Assembly (NCBI GenBank): GCA_004431415.1
Contig: QPMI01000437.1
Location: forward strand, 310,001 to 374,000
Direction: 5' to 3'
DNA: 64,000 nt
From: Cyanophora paradoxa CCMP329
Taxonomy: Eukaryota > Plantae > Glaucophyta
Positions within the stretch are counted from its first letter, which is position 1. Each line of letters opens with the position of its first letter. The position numbers and the translations under genes were made by a program. Under the pieces are notes generated by a model. It was given only the letters and a program-made list of their open reading frames with translations. It did no database searches and had not been told where the DNA came from. Positions 35,299-45,792 of the stretch are shown here, piece by piece.

Positions 35299-38200
35299 TT
35301 AATTAAAAGGAACAGAATTAATACCATCTGGTAAGATGTATCTCTTTGCATCAAAGCAGTTTAGGGCAACCCTTCTACTCACAGTGTCTATTATTGTGTG
35401 ATCTGCCCTTCTTTTCTGCTTTGCAGTCACAGTCTTGCTGATACCTGCAAATAAACACTGTTTAAAATCATTAAATTGGAGTTCCTCAGTTGAAGTCCCA
35501 GAGAGCTTACTCCTCTCAATCTCAGCTGTTCTGAAACTGTAAACTTTGGCTCTCAGACCCACATACTCCAGTATAGCAGAACCTGGCATCTCATTTTTGT
35601 ATTTACCTGGGGTCATTCTTGAATCACCTCCAAGGTCCAAGGCATAAGATATATTCTCTATATCTTTTTGTAAGGTCTTAGATTCGATATATAGACAGAA
35701 GGAATCAGTATCATGGAATAGTAACTTTGCTTTTGTCCATTGGGACCTTACAGTATCATAGAAGAACTGGTAATTATGCAGTTTGGCTGCATCCAAAACA
35801 TAAGCCCCAATTGCAACAGGCTTATCTAGTTTCACATGCTTTGTGTAAAACTCAAAGGCAACTGCTTTTTCGTTTATGGGCTTGTTGATTTCACCAATGG
35901 AGAGGCTGCATATTTCATAAATAGTTTCTCACTGTTTGCAATCTTAACCACAGATCTACCTCTACATGATTCAATGCATTTCCCATAGATTGAATTATTC
36001 ATGAGCTTATAGAAATCAGCCTCAAATTTATTCACTGCTTTCCTTCTCATATCAGTGTTCAGCTCAATGTAGGGTTTCATTACAGGAGCCACAGTAAATG
36101 ATAGGACCCTGTGAACCTTCTTTAGTTTCATCCCTTTGTCCAACAGATACTGTAGAAGAGGCTCAGAAATCACATAGTTGGTCACAGAACCAAAGGTTGC
36201 AGTTAGCTTAGGGGTCTTATCAAGCTCTTCTCCTGAGAGATCTAATAGGCTCTTTTGATATTGTGATAATTCGGCATATTCTACTATTTTCTTGTTAATA
36301 ATTAGGGGGAAATCACTGTGGTCTAGATATAGCCTAATTGGGTAATCCAGATCAACTTCCAGGAAACTGGATCTGTTATCTTGTGGGTTGAATTCGGTCT
36401 CCCATCTAAAATCACCAACTGGAATTGGCTGACTCAAACAGTAGCCATACAAGTTGTTAGCATCAAACAGCATTATATGGGAGTTCTCACCATCAGCCTC
36501 AGCATACCTACAAGGCATTGTTGCAAAGCCACCCCTGATTCCCCTCTCAACAAATTCGTATTGCTCTACATCACTTATAAGCTCTATTTTTGCCTTGGTG
36601 GTCCTAAGCATAGCATCCCAAGATAACCCAGGTGCAGATACATAATGAACTGGGTCCAATCCATATACTGAGTGTGAAAGCCTTCTGAAAGCCTGGAATT
36701 TGCTCATTAACTCATCTACATCAGCAGCCCCAAAGTCCATAAAATTACTTGCATCAATGAACTTGTAAAGACCCCATTGCAATGAAAGGTATTGATCAAA
36801 GTTTTTCGAAAGGATTTCGATTCGCTTTTTATCACCCATGCCTGCTATTTTTCTGAAAATGAATGTCCCACAGTCATCCATTTGGTCAACAACCACTGCT
36901 ACTTTTGTTTGCTTTGAGATTCTCCTATGAAGATTGCAGTTTCTGCATGCAGGAGCAATGTAATTACCTGTGTGGTGATCATGATCCCTGCATTTGAAGT
37001 TTTCCTTGGTGAACCTCTCACTGCAAAGGTAACAGTGTTTGGTAGCTCTGTAAATTGCTTTCTGCTCATCTGTGAGTTCATTCATGGGAATATTGGTAAA
37101 CAGGAAGTCAATTAGCTCTCTTGCTTTGGATTCCAAGCATTCAAACAGACCTCCCATTGGATCCTGACCCTCAAATCGAAAATCTTGAACATCTTCCCCA
37201 GTGACTATTCTTATGTTGACTGCTGAGACTTCCCTCTTGGATTTCGATGCATCTATGGGGATGCTTCTATGTTCAATCTTGCAGTAAACCACAACAGGAA
37301 GCCAAACAGTTTTCCTTAGGTTTTTCAGTCCAAACTCTATGGTGGTCTCAGGTTTTGGTGTGATTCCCTTTGAGAGTCTCCAATCAATGCATCTATTTGA
37401 ATCCACATGAGCAGTTAGTTTAGCCTCAGACCTGAATCGAGATAAGCATGTATCACAGTAGTGTAACTTTTGATCCTTGGTTTTATCAAGGGCAACTCTG
37501 AGAAGTCTTGAAAGGGACATGATTGTAATATAGTGACCATTCCCTTCATCATCATGAATGAGCATGAGATTAATCTTTTGCTTTCTGCCTGGGTTGCTGG
37601 ATTGATGTAGGGGATATATAACATCTCGATCCATTCCAAATATGTTTATGCTGATGCCTGCATTTTGAGATTCGAATTTATCAATGATTTCAGCATCACA
37701 GGGAACAGGGAATGGGATGTTATCGAAATTGAGAGCCAGAGGATTGTATGTAGTTGGTGAGTATTTCCATTTGCGATATTGTGTTAGCTCACTTCTCTTG
37801 TGGAATTCACATCTTTCCTATGGATCCATGCCAAAACTGCATTTTCGAAGCAAGAATCATCAATATTTCGAATATTCACTGTGGCTCTCTTGGCTGCAAT
37901 TGAATCAGGTGTTTTAACATAGCAACCACCAGTTGGGGCATAACTCATAATAGCAACTCTGAGCATTTCGATTCTCTCCAATCGATAGCTATCAACAACA
38001 TTCATCTGCTCCTGACACATTTGGGCTGCTTTATTCAGCTCAGTTCGAATATTTCTCGATTTGGTTAATACAAAATAATCGCTGTAAATGTATTTCGATA
38101 TCCAAACCTGTGGATTGCTGACTTTTACGAACTTGCAGATAAACGATAAGCGAACTTTGATTGCCCTGAATTGATCTAGACTGTCTCTTAAACGTTTTGG

Positions 38201-38542
38201 TAGAGAGGTTGCAATTCTATCTAAATATTCAATCACATCAACAACAACTTCCCTTCTGGCTCTGTAAGTGAGCCAGCGATATAATTCATTCATTGCTGTA
38301 CCATCTTCTGCCTCTGGTTCTATTTGCCTCAGGCGATCGAGTTCATCAAGAGTTTCAACTTTATCATAGAGGTTATTGGCTTTTCTGGTTAATTTCGCTA
38401 AAGTGGGTCTGCCCCTTGAAATAAATCCGATTTCCCGGTCATATTCAGCCTCTGTAATTTCATGGGCTGCATACAGTGTTCCCAGTAATCCCATGAGTTC
38501 CCATTTCTTCTCTCTAATGAGTCTGTTGCTAATTCGGGGCAT
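35299..38542 (-). CDS. polB: Protein-primed family B DNA polymerase (Polinton-type), split by two -1 frameshifts (~37800, ~35882)
   Basis: Motif A LFDANNLYG, motif B KLMNNSIYGK, motif C HDTDS, GLRAKVY, YGLDPVHYVSAPGLSWDAML, an EndoVII-like Zn insert CYLC…DHDHHTG…ACRNCN, and N-terminal NIRNIDDSCF. The three ORFs are collinear. Confidence 0.92.
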
Positions 38543-38576
38543 AGTTCCTAACTTGTTCCTACTCTCAACAAATATT

Positions 38577-38894
38577 TTATTCTGAGATGTTCTGAACGCG
38601 ATTTTCTAGTTTCTTTCGCAATTTGGCTTTGTAATGCATTGGATTATGTGATCCATTTTTTGTCCATACATTTGGGTTTTTGTGATACTGTTTAAGGGCG
38701 TTAATTAAGTTTTTCTCTGTTTGTAATCGCAAACAATCAATATCTTTGGAGGAAAGCTGTGACATTTGATACCCATCACATTTGCTTTGGCATTTGATGA
38801 TTTTGTCTATAAGAGCTGGTATATCCTTCAAATCATCTTTATCGAAATGTTTGTTCTCAATCATTGAACTCATTCTGGTAGTCCAGCTTGTCAT
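38577..38894 (-). CDS. Viral hypothetical protein (105 aa)
   Basis: ATG-started ORF packed in tandem upstream of pPolB. No recognisable motif. Confidence 0.55.
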   Translation of the reverse strand: MTSWTTRMSSMIENKHFDKDDLKDIPALIDKIIKCQSKCDGYQMSQLSSKDIDCLRLQTEKNLINALKQYHKNPNVWTKNGSHNPMHYKAKLRKKLENRVQNISE

Positions 38895-38947
38895 TGTTGG
38901 TACTACTACTTATTATTATAAGAATATTATAATGTATTTGTTTTAAA

Positions 38948-39092
38948 TCGTCAGGCAGACTTCGATTGTCAGGCAGCTGATTCAGCCAACATTAAGAAAC
39001 TCTGTCACTTTTTCAAGTCAGTGTTTGAGAAAACTAATGAAACCATAAACTTATAAAAGTTAAATAGAAAGGTGCCTGACAGTGCCTGACAG
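38948..39092 (+). repeat. Degenerate internal copy of the TIR TGCCTGACA module (left-TIR orientation)
   Basis: GTCAGGCAG x2 … ~100 bp AT-rich … AAAGGTGCCTGACAGTGCCTGACA, matching 32717-32857. Confidence 0.8.
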
Positions 39093-39096
39093 CTTT

Positions 39097-41490
39097 TTAA
39101 CAATCATCATCATCCTCATCAATAAACTCTGTTGTATTTTCCGAAATCAGTTTTACACACTTGTAACCTCTATCATATACTTTTGAAGTTGCCTTTCTCA
39201 CTGCATATTTGTCATATTTGGCTCCCAACATCTCCATTACTCTCTTAACCCTGCTTGCAGACATATTGAGTTTCAAAGCTTTTAACTCCTCATCTACAGT
39301 TTTGCTTGACAGAGAATCAGAAGGATTTCCTGTAAATTCAAATCTGCTTTTTAGTATTTGAATTTCATCACCTGCATCCTCTCTGAAAGCAGCAGTATCA
39401 TTTGCCACCTTGCCACATATCTGGACTTTGTGGGATTTGTATGCTTGGAATACTGACCATTGGAAAGCATGAATGATTTCAGGGCGTTTAAGCAGATCAC
39501 TTTTAATATCTTCAGAAGCCAATCTATAGCATGGGAGCTTCATTTCATCCATTGTTTTCTGATCCACAAACTTGTGGGGATGCTGAAAGAAAACAAGAGT
39601 CTCAAGTGTATCAGATGGAGAAACAGGGGGCATATCATTCATGATCATCCAGAGCCTACTTTGGAGTCTTATATTTTGCTCATTTCCATATAGGATTCGA
39701 ATGCATTGAATATCACCACCAGATTCTTTCTTTTTAATCATATTGCCATTTATCTTGATACTTGGATTCGAAACATCAAACTTCATCTCTTGGGTAAATG
39801 TTAAACGGCGAAATTCACATGGTTTCATCCATTTTAGCTTTTTAGCCTCATCAGAATCTGAATGTTTGTCCATCAGGAAAGATTCTCCTCCAATAGTGTT
39901 TACATAACCACTCCCCCAAGTGTTCTCATTAAGATTGACATAAACTCCTTTTCCACAATTGCGCTCACCTGATGATAGTCCCCATTGTTTATCCTCTACT
40001 TTGCCTGCCATTGCTCTTGCTGTAAATTCGAGAGCAGTATTAATTGCATCTGCTCCAAACACAGGTTCAAGTATGTTTTCGTAGAGGATTTTTATATGCT
40101 CTTCTGACGGCTTGACTACATATCCTTGATCATCTACAAGTAAATCTCTTTCAATTCGAGTAGTGGAATATACGTTTTGACACTCTGCCCAAGGAGTAAG
40201 CTTTTTGGTTTCGAAATCATACACACCATTTTTATAACACAATTTTCCAAGAGATGAAGACCATAGGACATTATTCACAAACTCACTATCATTTGGCAGA
40301 AGAGCTTTTGTGGCTTTGATAACTTTTTGAGCGCCTGTTATATTTGCGGTATACTCTGTTAGACCTGTTAGACCCTCATGATATATCTTTGCTTGGAGGC
40401 ATTTTTTTAGGAACACATTTTCCACTTGATTGGCTTCCTCAGTCCAAAGGTTCTCATCTGTTTTGACAAATATACGACCATTGGATTGCTTGACATCATT
40501 TTTGATATCTTCAGCAAACAGAGTAGCAGCCTCATAGTCTGTAGAGCAAATTCGAAAATCGTTTGCTTTCAGAGAAGCTTCATCTGGAAGCTCGAAACCC
40601 TGATCCATAGGCTTAACAACTAAGCCTAATTTGTATCCTGTGGACTGCTGGATATAGTTCTCTGCATCTTTGAGAATATCAGTAAGTTTTTCCAGTGATA
40701 GATTAGGTGACTTTTCAATCATGCAGCCATCAAATACAAGAACACCAACAGTGAGTTTGATGGAGGTTAGATACTCACACAGAGCCATAAGAGCAATATT
40801 CTCAATCTGACAAAGAACCATGTTAACAGTAGAACCTAACACATTGTAGCCCTTCTTTCGCTTGCAAATAGCAAGGAAGTTGGTATTTTCTTTTAATTCA
40901 GCAATAGAAGCATGAATACCACCAATTTCTTGTTTAACCTTTTTAAAAGCCATTTCTTTGTGTAAATCGGGACACTCAATGCCTCCTCCTCCGTTAATCA
41001 CAGATAAGAAGGCGCACTTAATTTCTTCACGAGTAAGATCACACTTTTTGCTTAAATCACTAACGATTTTATCTCGATTGGCAACAAACTCAGCAAGGAA
41101 ATCACAGTTTATGTCATTTTTTTGGCAATACTGGACGAGTATCGATGGATGAGCATTTTTCATATCAATATCATAATACAAATCCCTTGCTAAGGTGTGT
41201 CTAAATTCCCGAGGCATACTCTGCATGCTTGCTTTTTTGTTTTTGATGTGTGAGAGAGTAGTGAAATATCTTCCAGTATGGTGTTTGCATTGATAGTATT
41301 TAACTTGAATGGTCCCATTTGAATGCAAGTCCTTCATATATTTCTTGAGGAGAGTCAAAGTAGCAGTAGAATCCACATCTGGTCTATAACTCAAACCCTC
41401 GAAATTATCGATTAAATACTTAAGAGTAGGGCGAGATACTTTTTCAATAAGAGTGATATCGAGATTGTTGGGTTTCTTTGAGCTAAACAT
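39097..41490 (-). CDS. TVpol-type (PolA-like) primase-polymerase fused to an SF3 (D5-like) helicase, 797 aa
   Basis: N-terminal GRYF…SMQSMPREFR, YYDIDMKNAHP, KCAFLSVINGG, LVFDGCMI. C-terminal NGVYDF, Walker A GERNCGKG, Walker B LTFTQE, sensor-1 WMIMND. Confidence 0.85.
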   Translation of the reverse strand: MFSSKKPNNLDITLIEKVSRPTLKYLIDNFEGLSYRPDVDSTATLTLLKKYMKDLHSNGTIQVKYYQCKHHTGRYFTTLSHIKNKKASMQSMPREFRHTLARDLYYDIDMKNAHPSILVQYCQKNDINCDFLAEFVANRDKIVSDLSKKCDLTREEIKCAFLSVINGGGGIECPDLHKEMAFKKVKQEIGGIHASIAELKENTNFLAICKRKKGYNVLGSTVNMVLCQIENIALMALCEYLTSIKLTVGVLVFDGCMIEKSPNLSLEKLTDILKDAENYIQQSTGYKLGLVVKPMDQGFELPDEASLKANDFRICSTDYEAATLFAEDIKNDVKQSNGRIFVKTDENLWTEEANQVENVFLKKCLQAKIYHEGLTGLTEYTANITGAQKVIKATKALLPNDSEFVNNVLWSSSLGKLCYKNGVYDFETKKLTPWAECQNVYSTTRIERDLLVDDQGYVVKPSEEHIKILYENILEPVFGADAINTALEFTARAMAGKVEDKQWGLSSGERNCGKGVYVNLNENTWGSGYVNTIGGESFLMDKHSDSDEAKKLKWMKPCEFRRLTFTQEMKFDVSNPSIKINGNMIKKKESGGDIQCIRILYGNEQNIRLQSRLWMIMNDMPPVSPSDTLETLVFFQHPHKFVDQKTMDEMKLPCYRLASEDIKSDLLKRPEIIHAFQWSVFQAYKSHKVQICGKVANDTAAFREDAGDEIQILKSRFEFTGNPSDSLSSKTVDEELKALKLNMSASRVKRVMEMLGAKYDKYAVRKATSKVYDRGYKCVKLISENTTEFIDEDDDDC

Positions 41491-41664
41491 TTTTCTTGAA
41501 CGTTTCTATATTAAGCAGATAAAATATTTTATCTGAAAATCCTTGTCATTTTTTGTTGCCAAACCTTTAAGTCCTTTTGGGTTGGCTTCGAATTATATCG
41601 ATTATTGGTAGTAGTGTATCAGTTTTTTTATGAATTCCCCATACAAAAATAATGAACCGGCATT

Positions 41665-41895
41665 TCAGTATTTCCGAGGACGACCTACAGGTCGACCTTC
41701 TGGGAAATTTGGGTCAATTGTGAGTTGCTTTTTATAGTAGTAATAGGCTAATGCCCTTTTGCGGCGAATTTCACGATATTCCTCATCCTCTTCATATCTT
41801 TTATTATAATAAATTTGGTTTGAGATCTTTTTCTTCATTGCAGAAGAGATCTTTTCAAAACTTTTGCTATCAGTTACAGTTTGATCAGTATCCAT
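41665..41895 (-). CDS. Small basic putative DNA-binding protein with an AT-hook
   Basis: KRYEEDEEYRE…ALAYYY.KK…GRPVGRPRKY. Paralogue of 42660-42905. Confidence 0.65.
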   Translation of the reverse strand: MDTDQTVTDSKSFEKISSAMKKKISNQIYYNKRYEEDEEYREIRRKRALAYYYYKKQLTIDPNFPEGRPVGRPRKY

Positions 41896-42019
41896 TTGGG
41901 TATCTCTTAACTATAACCGAGAAAAATGTTTTGTCAGATTTCAATATGCTTGATTTCCTTAAGTAGTTTATGATTCGTCATTTTTTGGTAACAGAGATAA
42001 TTCCTATACTGTTACCATA

Positions 42020-42212
42020 AATGGTTTGTCAGGCACTTTCAAATAGTTGTCAGGCACTAATATAGTATGTCAGGCATTGTCAGGCACCTTTTTAGAAAAC
42101 TTTTCTATAATGAAAATTTCATTGTTGATTCAAACAATGACATTGAGAATTGGAAACGTTTGTGAAAATCAATGTGTTTCCTGCCTGACAAACTTCTTGC
42201 TGCCTGACAACC
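42020..42212 (-). repeat. Internal copy of the TIR TGTCAGGCA module (right-TIR orientation)
   Basis: TGTCAGGCA x4 + CCTTTTTAGAAAACTTTT…CAAACAATGAC closely matches 59707-59826, followed by TGCCTGACA x2. Confidence 0.88.
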
Positions 42213-42282
42213 TTTCATCAACAAAAAATGATTGTGTAAACTGACTTAAAGATTTATCAGATATATTAATAAGAAAACAACA

Positions 42283-42582
42283 ATGGCTGCTCAAATTGCC
42301 AAAGGAATTCTTGCCGAAAAGATTGAAAAAGATACCCTCTGGAAAGATCATAAAGGATTAGTTGATGCTATTGTAGAGAGTAGTCTCCACTCAACAGGAA
42401 TAAATATTGGTCAGGCTGATAATAAGCGAAACAAGGAATTTCGACAGAAAGTAGAGAGAGATGTATTGGGCATGATAATAGACCCAAACTACCTCTCTTC
42501 AATTAACAAAAAAAATCATTCAAACACTGCCACAAGAAAACGACTCTTTAACAAATTAATGAGTCGTTCTACTTCATCTTAA
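42283..42582 (+). CDS. Viral hypothetical protein (99 aa)
   Basis: ATG in an A-rich context, followed by a hairpin at 42623-42639 between convergent genes. Confidence 0.6.
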   Translation: MAAQIAKGILAEKIEKDTLWKDHKGLVDAIVESSLHSTGINIGQADNKRNKEFRQKVERDVLGMIIDPNYLSSINKKNHSNTATRKRLFNKLMSRSTSS

Positions 42583-42659
42583 ACAATAAAGCCAATTCCT
42601 TTGTATATATTTTTATAGCTGCCTCAGTAGCATACTGAGACCGCTTTTTCTCAATTATC

Positions 42660-42905
42660 TTATAGACCTGGGGGTCCATTGCTACTTTCAGTTGGCAAAT
42701 AATATTTAATCGGTCTTCCTCTGGGTCTCTGCTCTTCTTTTTGGGCTTTTCTGCGATAATAGGATGCCAGGGCTTGCTGCTTTTTATACTCTCTATATGC
42801 TGGGTCCTCTCTATATCGTTTCTGCATTGCTAGAATGTGTCTTATAGAACCCTCAGTAACAGGTTCATCACTGGTAAACTCGATTAAACTAATAGTATCC
42901 TCCAT
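42660..42905 (-). CDS. Small basic putative DNA-binding protein with an AT-hook
   Basis: KRYREDPAYREYKKQQALASYYRRK…RPRGRPIKY. Paralogue of 41665-41895. Confidence 0.65.
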   Translation of the reverse strand: MEDTISLIEFTSDEPVTEGSIRHILAMQKRYREDPAYREYKKQQALASYYRRKAQKEEQRPRGRPIKYYLPTESSNGPPGL

Positions 42906-43161
42906 TTATATTCCCAGAGAAAACGTTTTCTGCTGGCAGAGAACTTCTCCTTGGATACTCCTGTTGCTCATCTGTATACTCTGTGGGGTCTGCTGGCATT
43001 GACTCCACAGAAACTGTAGACCTCCTTCTCTCTCTTGCTTCTGAGGCATTATCCTCATTATCTGACATCTCAAACTCCACTGTTGTCTCACAACATCCAC
43101 TGTGGCAATTGCTCACCACATGCAGACTGAACATCTCGAAGAACTTTCGTATTATGTCCAT
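42889..43161 (-). CDS. Viral hypothetical protein (90 aa, CHSGCC motif, acidic tail)
   Basis: ATG-started ORF in the tandem minus-strand gene block. Confidence 0.55.
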   Translation of the reverse strand: MDIIRKFFEMFSLHVVSNCHSGCCETTVEFEMSDNEDNASEARERRRSTVSVESMPADPTEYTDEQQEYPRRSSLPAENVFSGNINGGYY

Positions 43162-43183
43162 ATCTCTAATAAAACAGAGATAA

Positions 43184-43918
43184 TTAAAGCCAAACTCGTC
43201 TTTTATATACTGTTGGGGCTACTCCCTTTTCTACTTCAGCTTTGGTGGCACCAGGTTCAATAGTTCCCTTTTGGGTCTTTGTTTTCATTTCATCTACTGC
43301 CTGCTCATCGATTTGGGTCTCTTTCTTAGCAATAAACTGTTTATCTGGGACACCAGTAATACCCATTTTATAAACTTCCTTTCGAAGCATCTCCTTTAGC
43401 TTAGCTCTCTCTTTCTTCTCAGTAACATACTGCTCCAAGGCACTGGATTTGGCTTCCAAGTCTTTGAGTTTAGCAGTCATCTCATCCCATTGAGCCTTGG
43501 GAATTCGATGAATATTTTGAGTGGGAGCAGTCTTATATGTGACTTCACCAGCCATAGACTGGATTACCTTGTCTGATTCCTTACTAAGACCTTCACCTTT
43601 GCGAGCCAATGACAGATCTTGCAAGCCTAAACCTTTATCATCAGCAGCACCAATAATTCGCCTGGCACCCTCAGCAACAGCTTTCATTTTCGAAGCTTCA
43701 GGTGAGATGTTGAGTTGGTCACTGGTTGAAGCTTGTGGGGCTTTGTCATCGACTGATTCCTCATAGGCAGCATTAAGAGGGTCCTCTTCTTGCTGTGAGG
43801 GCTTTACCTCATTCATACCATTGAACTTCAGTGGATCTGTGTTAATGGATCCATTGTTTCCACCACCTGAATAGCCAACAGCCCCAGCTGGAATCCCTAT
43901 CTTTCGTTTGGGAGGCAT
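43184..43918 (-). CDS. Viral hypothetical coiled-coil protein (244 aa) with N-terminal PPKRK
   Basis: Long ORF directly downstream of the ATPase, with a charged helical middle region. Confidence 0.7.
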   Translation of the reverse strand: MPPKRKIGIPAGAVGYSGGGNNGSINTDPLKFNGMNEVKPSQQEEDPLNAAYEESVDDKAPQASTSDQLNISPEASKMKAVAEGARRIIGAADDKGLGLQDLSLARKGEGLSKESDKVIQSMAGEVTYKTAPTQNIHRIPKAQWDEMTAKLKDLEAKSSALEQYVTEKKERAKLKEMLRKEVYKMGITGVPDKQFIAKKETQIDEQAVDEMKTKTQKGTIEPGATKAEVEKGVAPTVYKRRVWL

Positions 43919-43946
43919 TGTATCTTTATTAGAATGAGAGATAATT

Positions 43947-44729
43947 TTATAAACCGCGTTTATATCGCATCAATTTATTGCTATGGACTTGGCTTTTCAC
44001 TTCTTTGGGGGCTTCCTCTTTTTCTGGTGGTTTCAGTTCATCCTCTTTCTTTTTTGGCTTCCTGTGGAAGCGAGGAAATGGGAAATCTTTCACAAGCTCA
44101 GCTTTATCTACATAGTATTTAACTGAGTAGTTTGCAGAGGACCAAATGATATATTGATAGGAGTGAACATACTCTTCAAACATCTTGTAGAAATCCTCTT
44201 TATTTCGCATTATATTGTATTCTTCCTCTATGGCTTCAAGTTCTTTGCGATTAGCAGCACTGAGAAAAATAGCATAGTCAGAATTAACTCGAATAGTCGA
44301 CGAGACTTTCCTTAGCTTTTGTGTGATGCAGATAATGGATATTTTCGAATGGCGACCTCTGGAATACAGAGATCCGATTATTTTATCCCTTGTGAGATCG
44401 ACTATCTCATTATCGATTAAATCATCTAAAACAACACACATGTGGTTGACAGGTACACCCTTTTCGATTTTCTCCTGCCTTTCATCCAAAAGCTTTGAAA
44501 TGTAACCGGCATCCCATTTACCAAGTTCTACTGTTGCAACCTCTCTCCAGAAATGATTGAAGCTGGTTCCACTCACAACTAATACAACATCAATCTTTTT
44601 GGCATCATGCAGTTGCTTCAACCAATACTTTACAGCTTCTGATTTACCAGTGGCAGACTTGCCAATTGCTAATACACGAAATGGTGGTTCTATCATTTCA
44701 CCAGCCACAAATTCATCCAAATCATTCAT
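43947..44729 (-). CDS. A32-like (FtsK/HerA) genome-packaging ATPase
   Basis: Walker A GKSATGKS, Walker B VVLDDL, arginine-finger segment SRGRHSKISIICITQ…IRVNSDY. Confidence 0.93.
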   Translation of the reverse strand: MNDLDEFVAGEMIEPPFRVLAIGKSATGKSEAVKYWLKQLHDAKKIDVVLVVSGTSFNHFWREVATVELGKWDAGYISKLLDERQEKIEKGVPVNHMCVVLDDLIDNEIVDLTRDKIIGSLYSRGRHSKISIICITQKLRKVSSTIRVNSDYAIFLSAANRKELEAIEEEYNIMRNKEDFYKMFEEYVHSYQYIIWSSANYSVKYYVDKAELVKDFPFPRFHRKPKKKEDELKPPEKEEAPKEVKSQVHSNKLMRYKRGL

Positions 44730-44789
44730 TGTTGTATATCTTTCTAAATAAAGACAGATAAAAATAATGAAATGTTACTGCTTATGGTT

Positions 44790-45719
44790 TTACAGGTTAG
44801 ATAGGAATCGTTTAATACAACCCTCAATATCTGTTTCGGTATATGGGATTCTTAGGAGTTTGATGTTATTAGCCTCACAGTACCGATTTTTAATTCCATC
44901 ACGAACTTGGGTATCTTCAAATGCCTTCTGACCTCCAAACTGTTCCACAGGTTTGAAATGCTGAACACCATCATATTCGATAGCGATTTTGAGAGATGGA
45001 ATATAAATATCAAATGGGAGAACTCTTTTATGCTTGCAATCAGGAAATCTGTGGGATATTGAGAAGTCCAAACCAATTTCTTTAAGGGCTGCTTGCACTT
45101 TCGTCTCACCAATCGATGATCTACATGACAAACAGCCATAACCATTGAGAAAATCACTTGGCGTTTTTTCGAATTCCATCTCGCACCTTTTGCATATTAA
45201 CTTGACCTTGGTTTTTGAATTGAAATACTCAACCTTTGAGAAATCATAGATATCACCATAAAGTTTAATTGCTCTTTCTGTAAACTTTTCAATCCCCATT
45301 TGCAACTTGTTTTTAATGCGATCCATTTTACATTTTGCATGTCCATCTCCTTGCATGTGTTTGTGTGGTTTTTGAGTGAAATACTCTTGACATTTCTTGC
45401 AGAAAATTGTTATTGGGTCTTCTCCCTTAATGTAAACAGATTCTGAATATTCATAAAGATCTCCATGCTTTTCAACCGCTCTTTTAACGAACTGTTCAGT
45501 TGTTAGTCTATTCGACATTCCCTTTTTAATATTCCCACAAGCTGGGCAACCAGTCCCAGCAATGTGACTATATGCAGCTTGCAAAAAAATATTGTTGCAA
45601 GTCCTGCAAATAATTGCGACTTTCTTTGTGATGCCCCCAAAGTCGACATTTGAGTAATCAAACTTATCACCATGAACTTTGATGGCTTTTGCAAGAAATG
45701 ACTCACGAGAATAAGACAT
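44790..45719 (-). CDS. Free-standing endonuclease: three Zn-ribbon (DUF723-like) repeats + Vsr/PD-(D/E)xK-like domain
   Basis: Repeats of F..KA…HGD.FDYS…KV.IIC..C…GC..C. C-terminal S.GE…LPFDIYI…AIEYDGVQHF…RD..KN.YC..NNI.LLRIPY. Confidence 0.8.
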   Translation of the reverse strand: MSYSRESFLAKAIKVHGDKFDYSNVDFGGITKKVAIICRTCNNIFLQAAYSHIAGTGCPACGNIKKGMSNRLTTEQFVKRAVEKHGDLYEYSESVYIKGEDPITIFCKKCQEYFTQKPHKHMQGDGHAKCKMDRIKNKLQMGIEKFTERAIKLYGDIYDFSKVEYFNSKTKVKLICKRCEMEFEKTPSDFLNGYGCLSCRSSIGETKVQAALKEIGLDFSISHRFPDCKHKRVLPFDIYIPSLKIAIEYDGVQHFKPVEQFGGQKAFEDTQVRDGIKNRYCEANNIKLLRIPYTETDIEGCIKRFLSNL

Positions 45720-45792
45720 TTTACTTTATAAAGGTTTCCAAAAATAAATAATCATTTTTTCTTTAAATGCCTTACTGTTTATCGTAAGGTTA

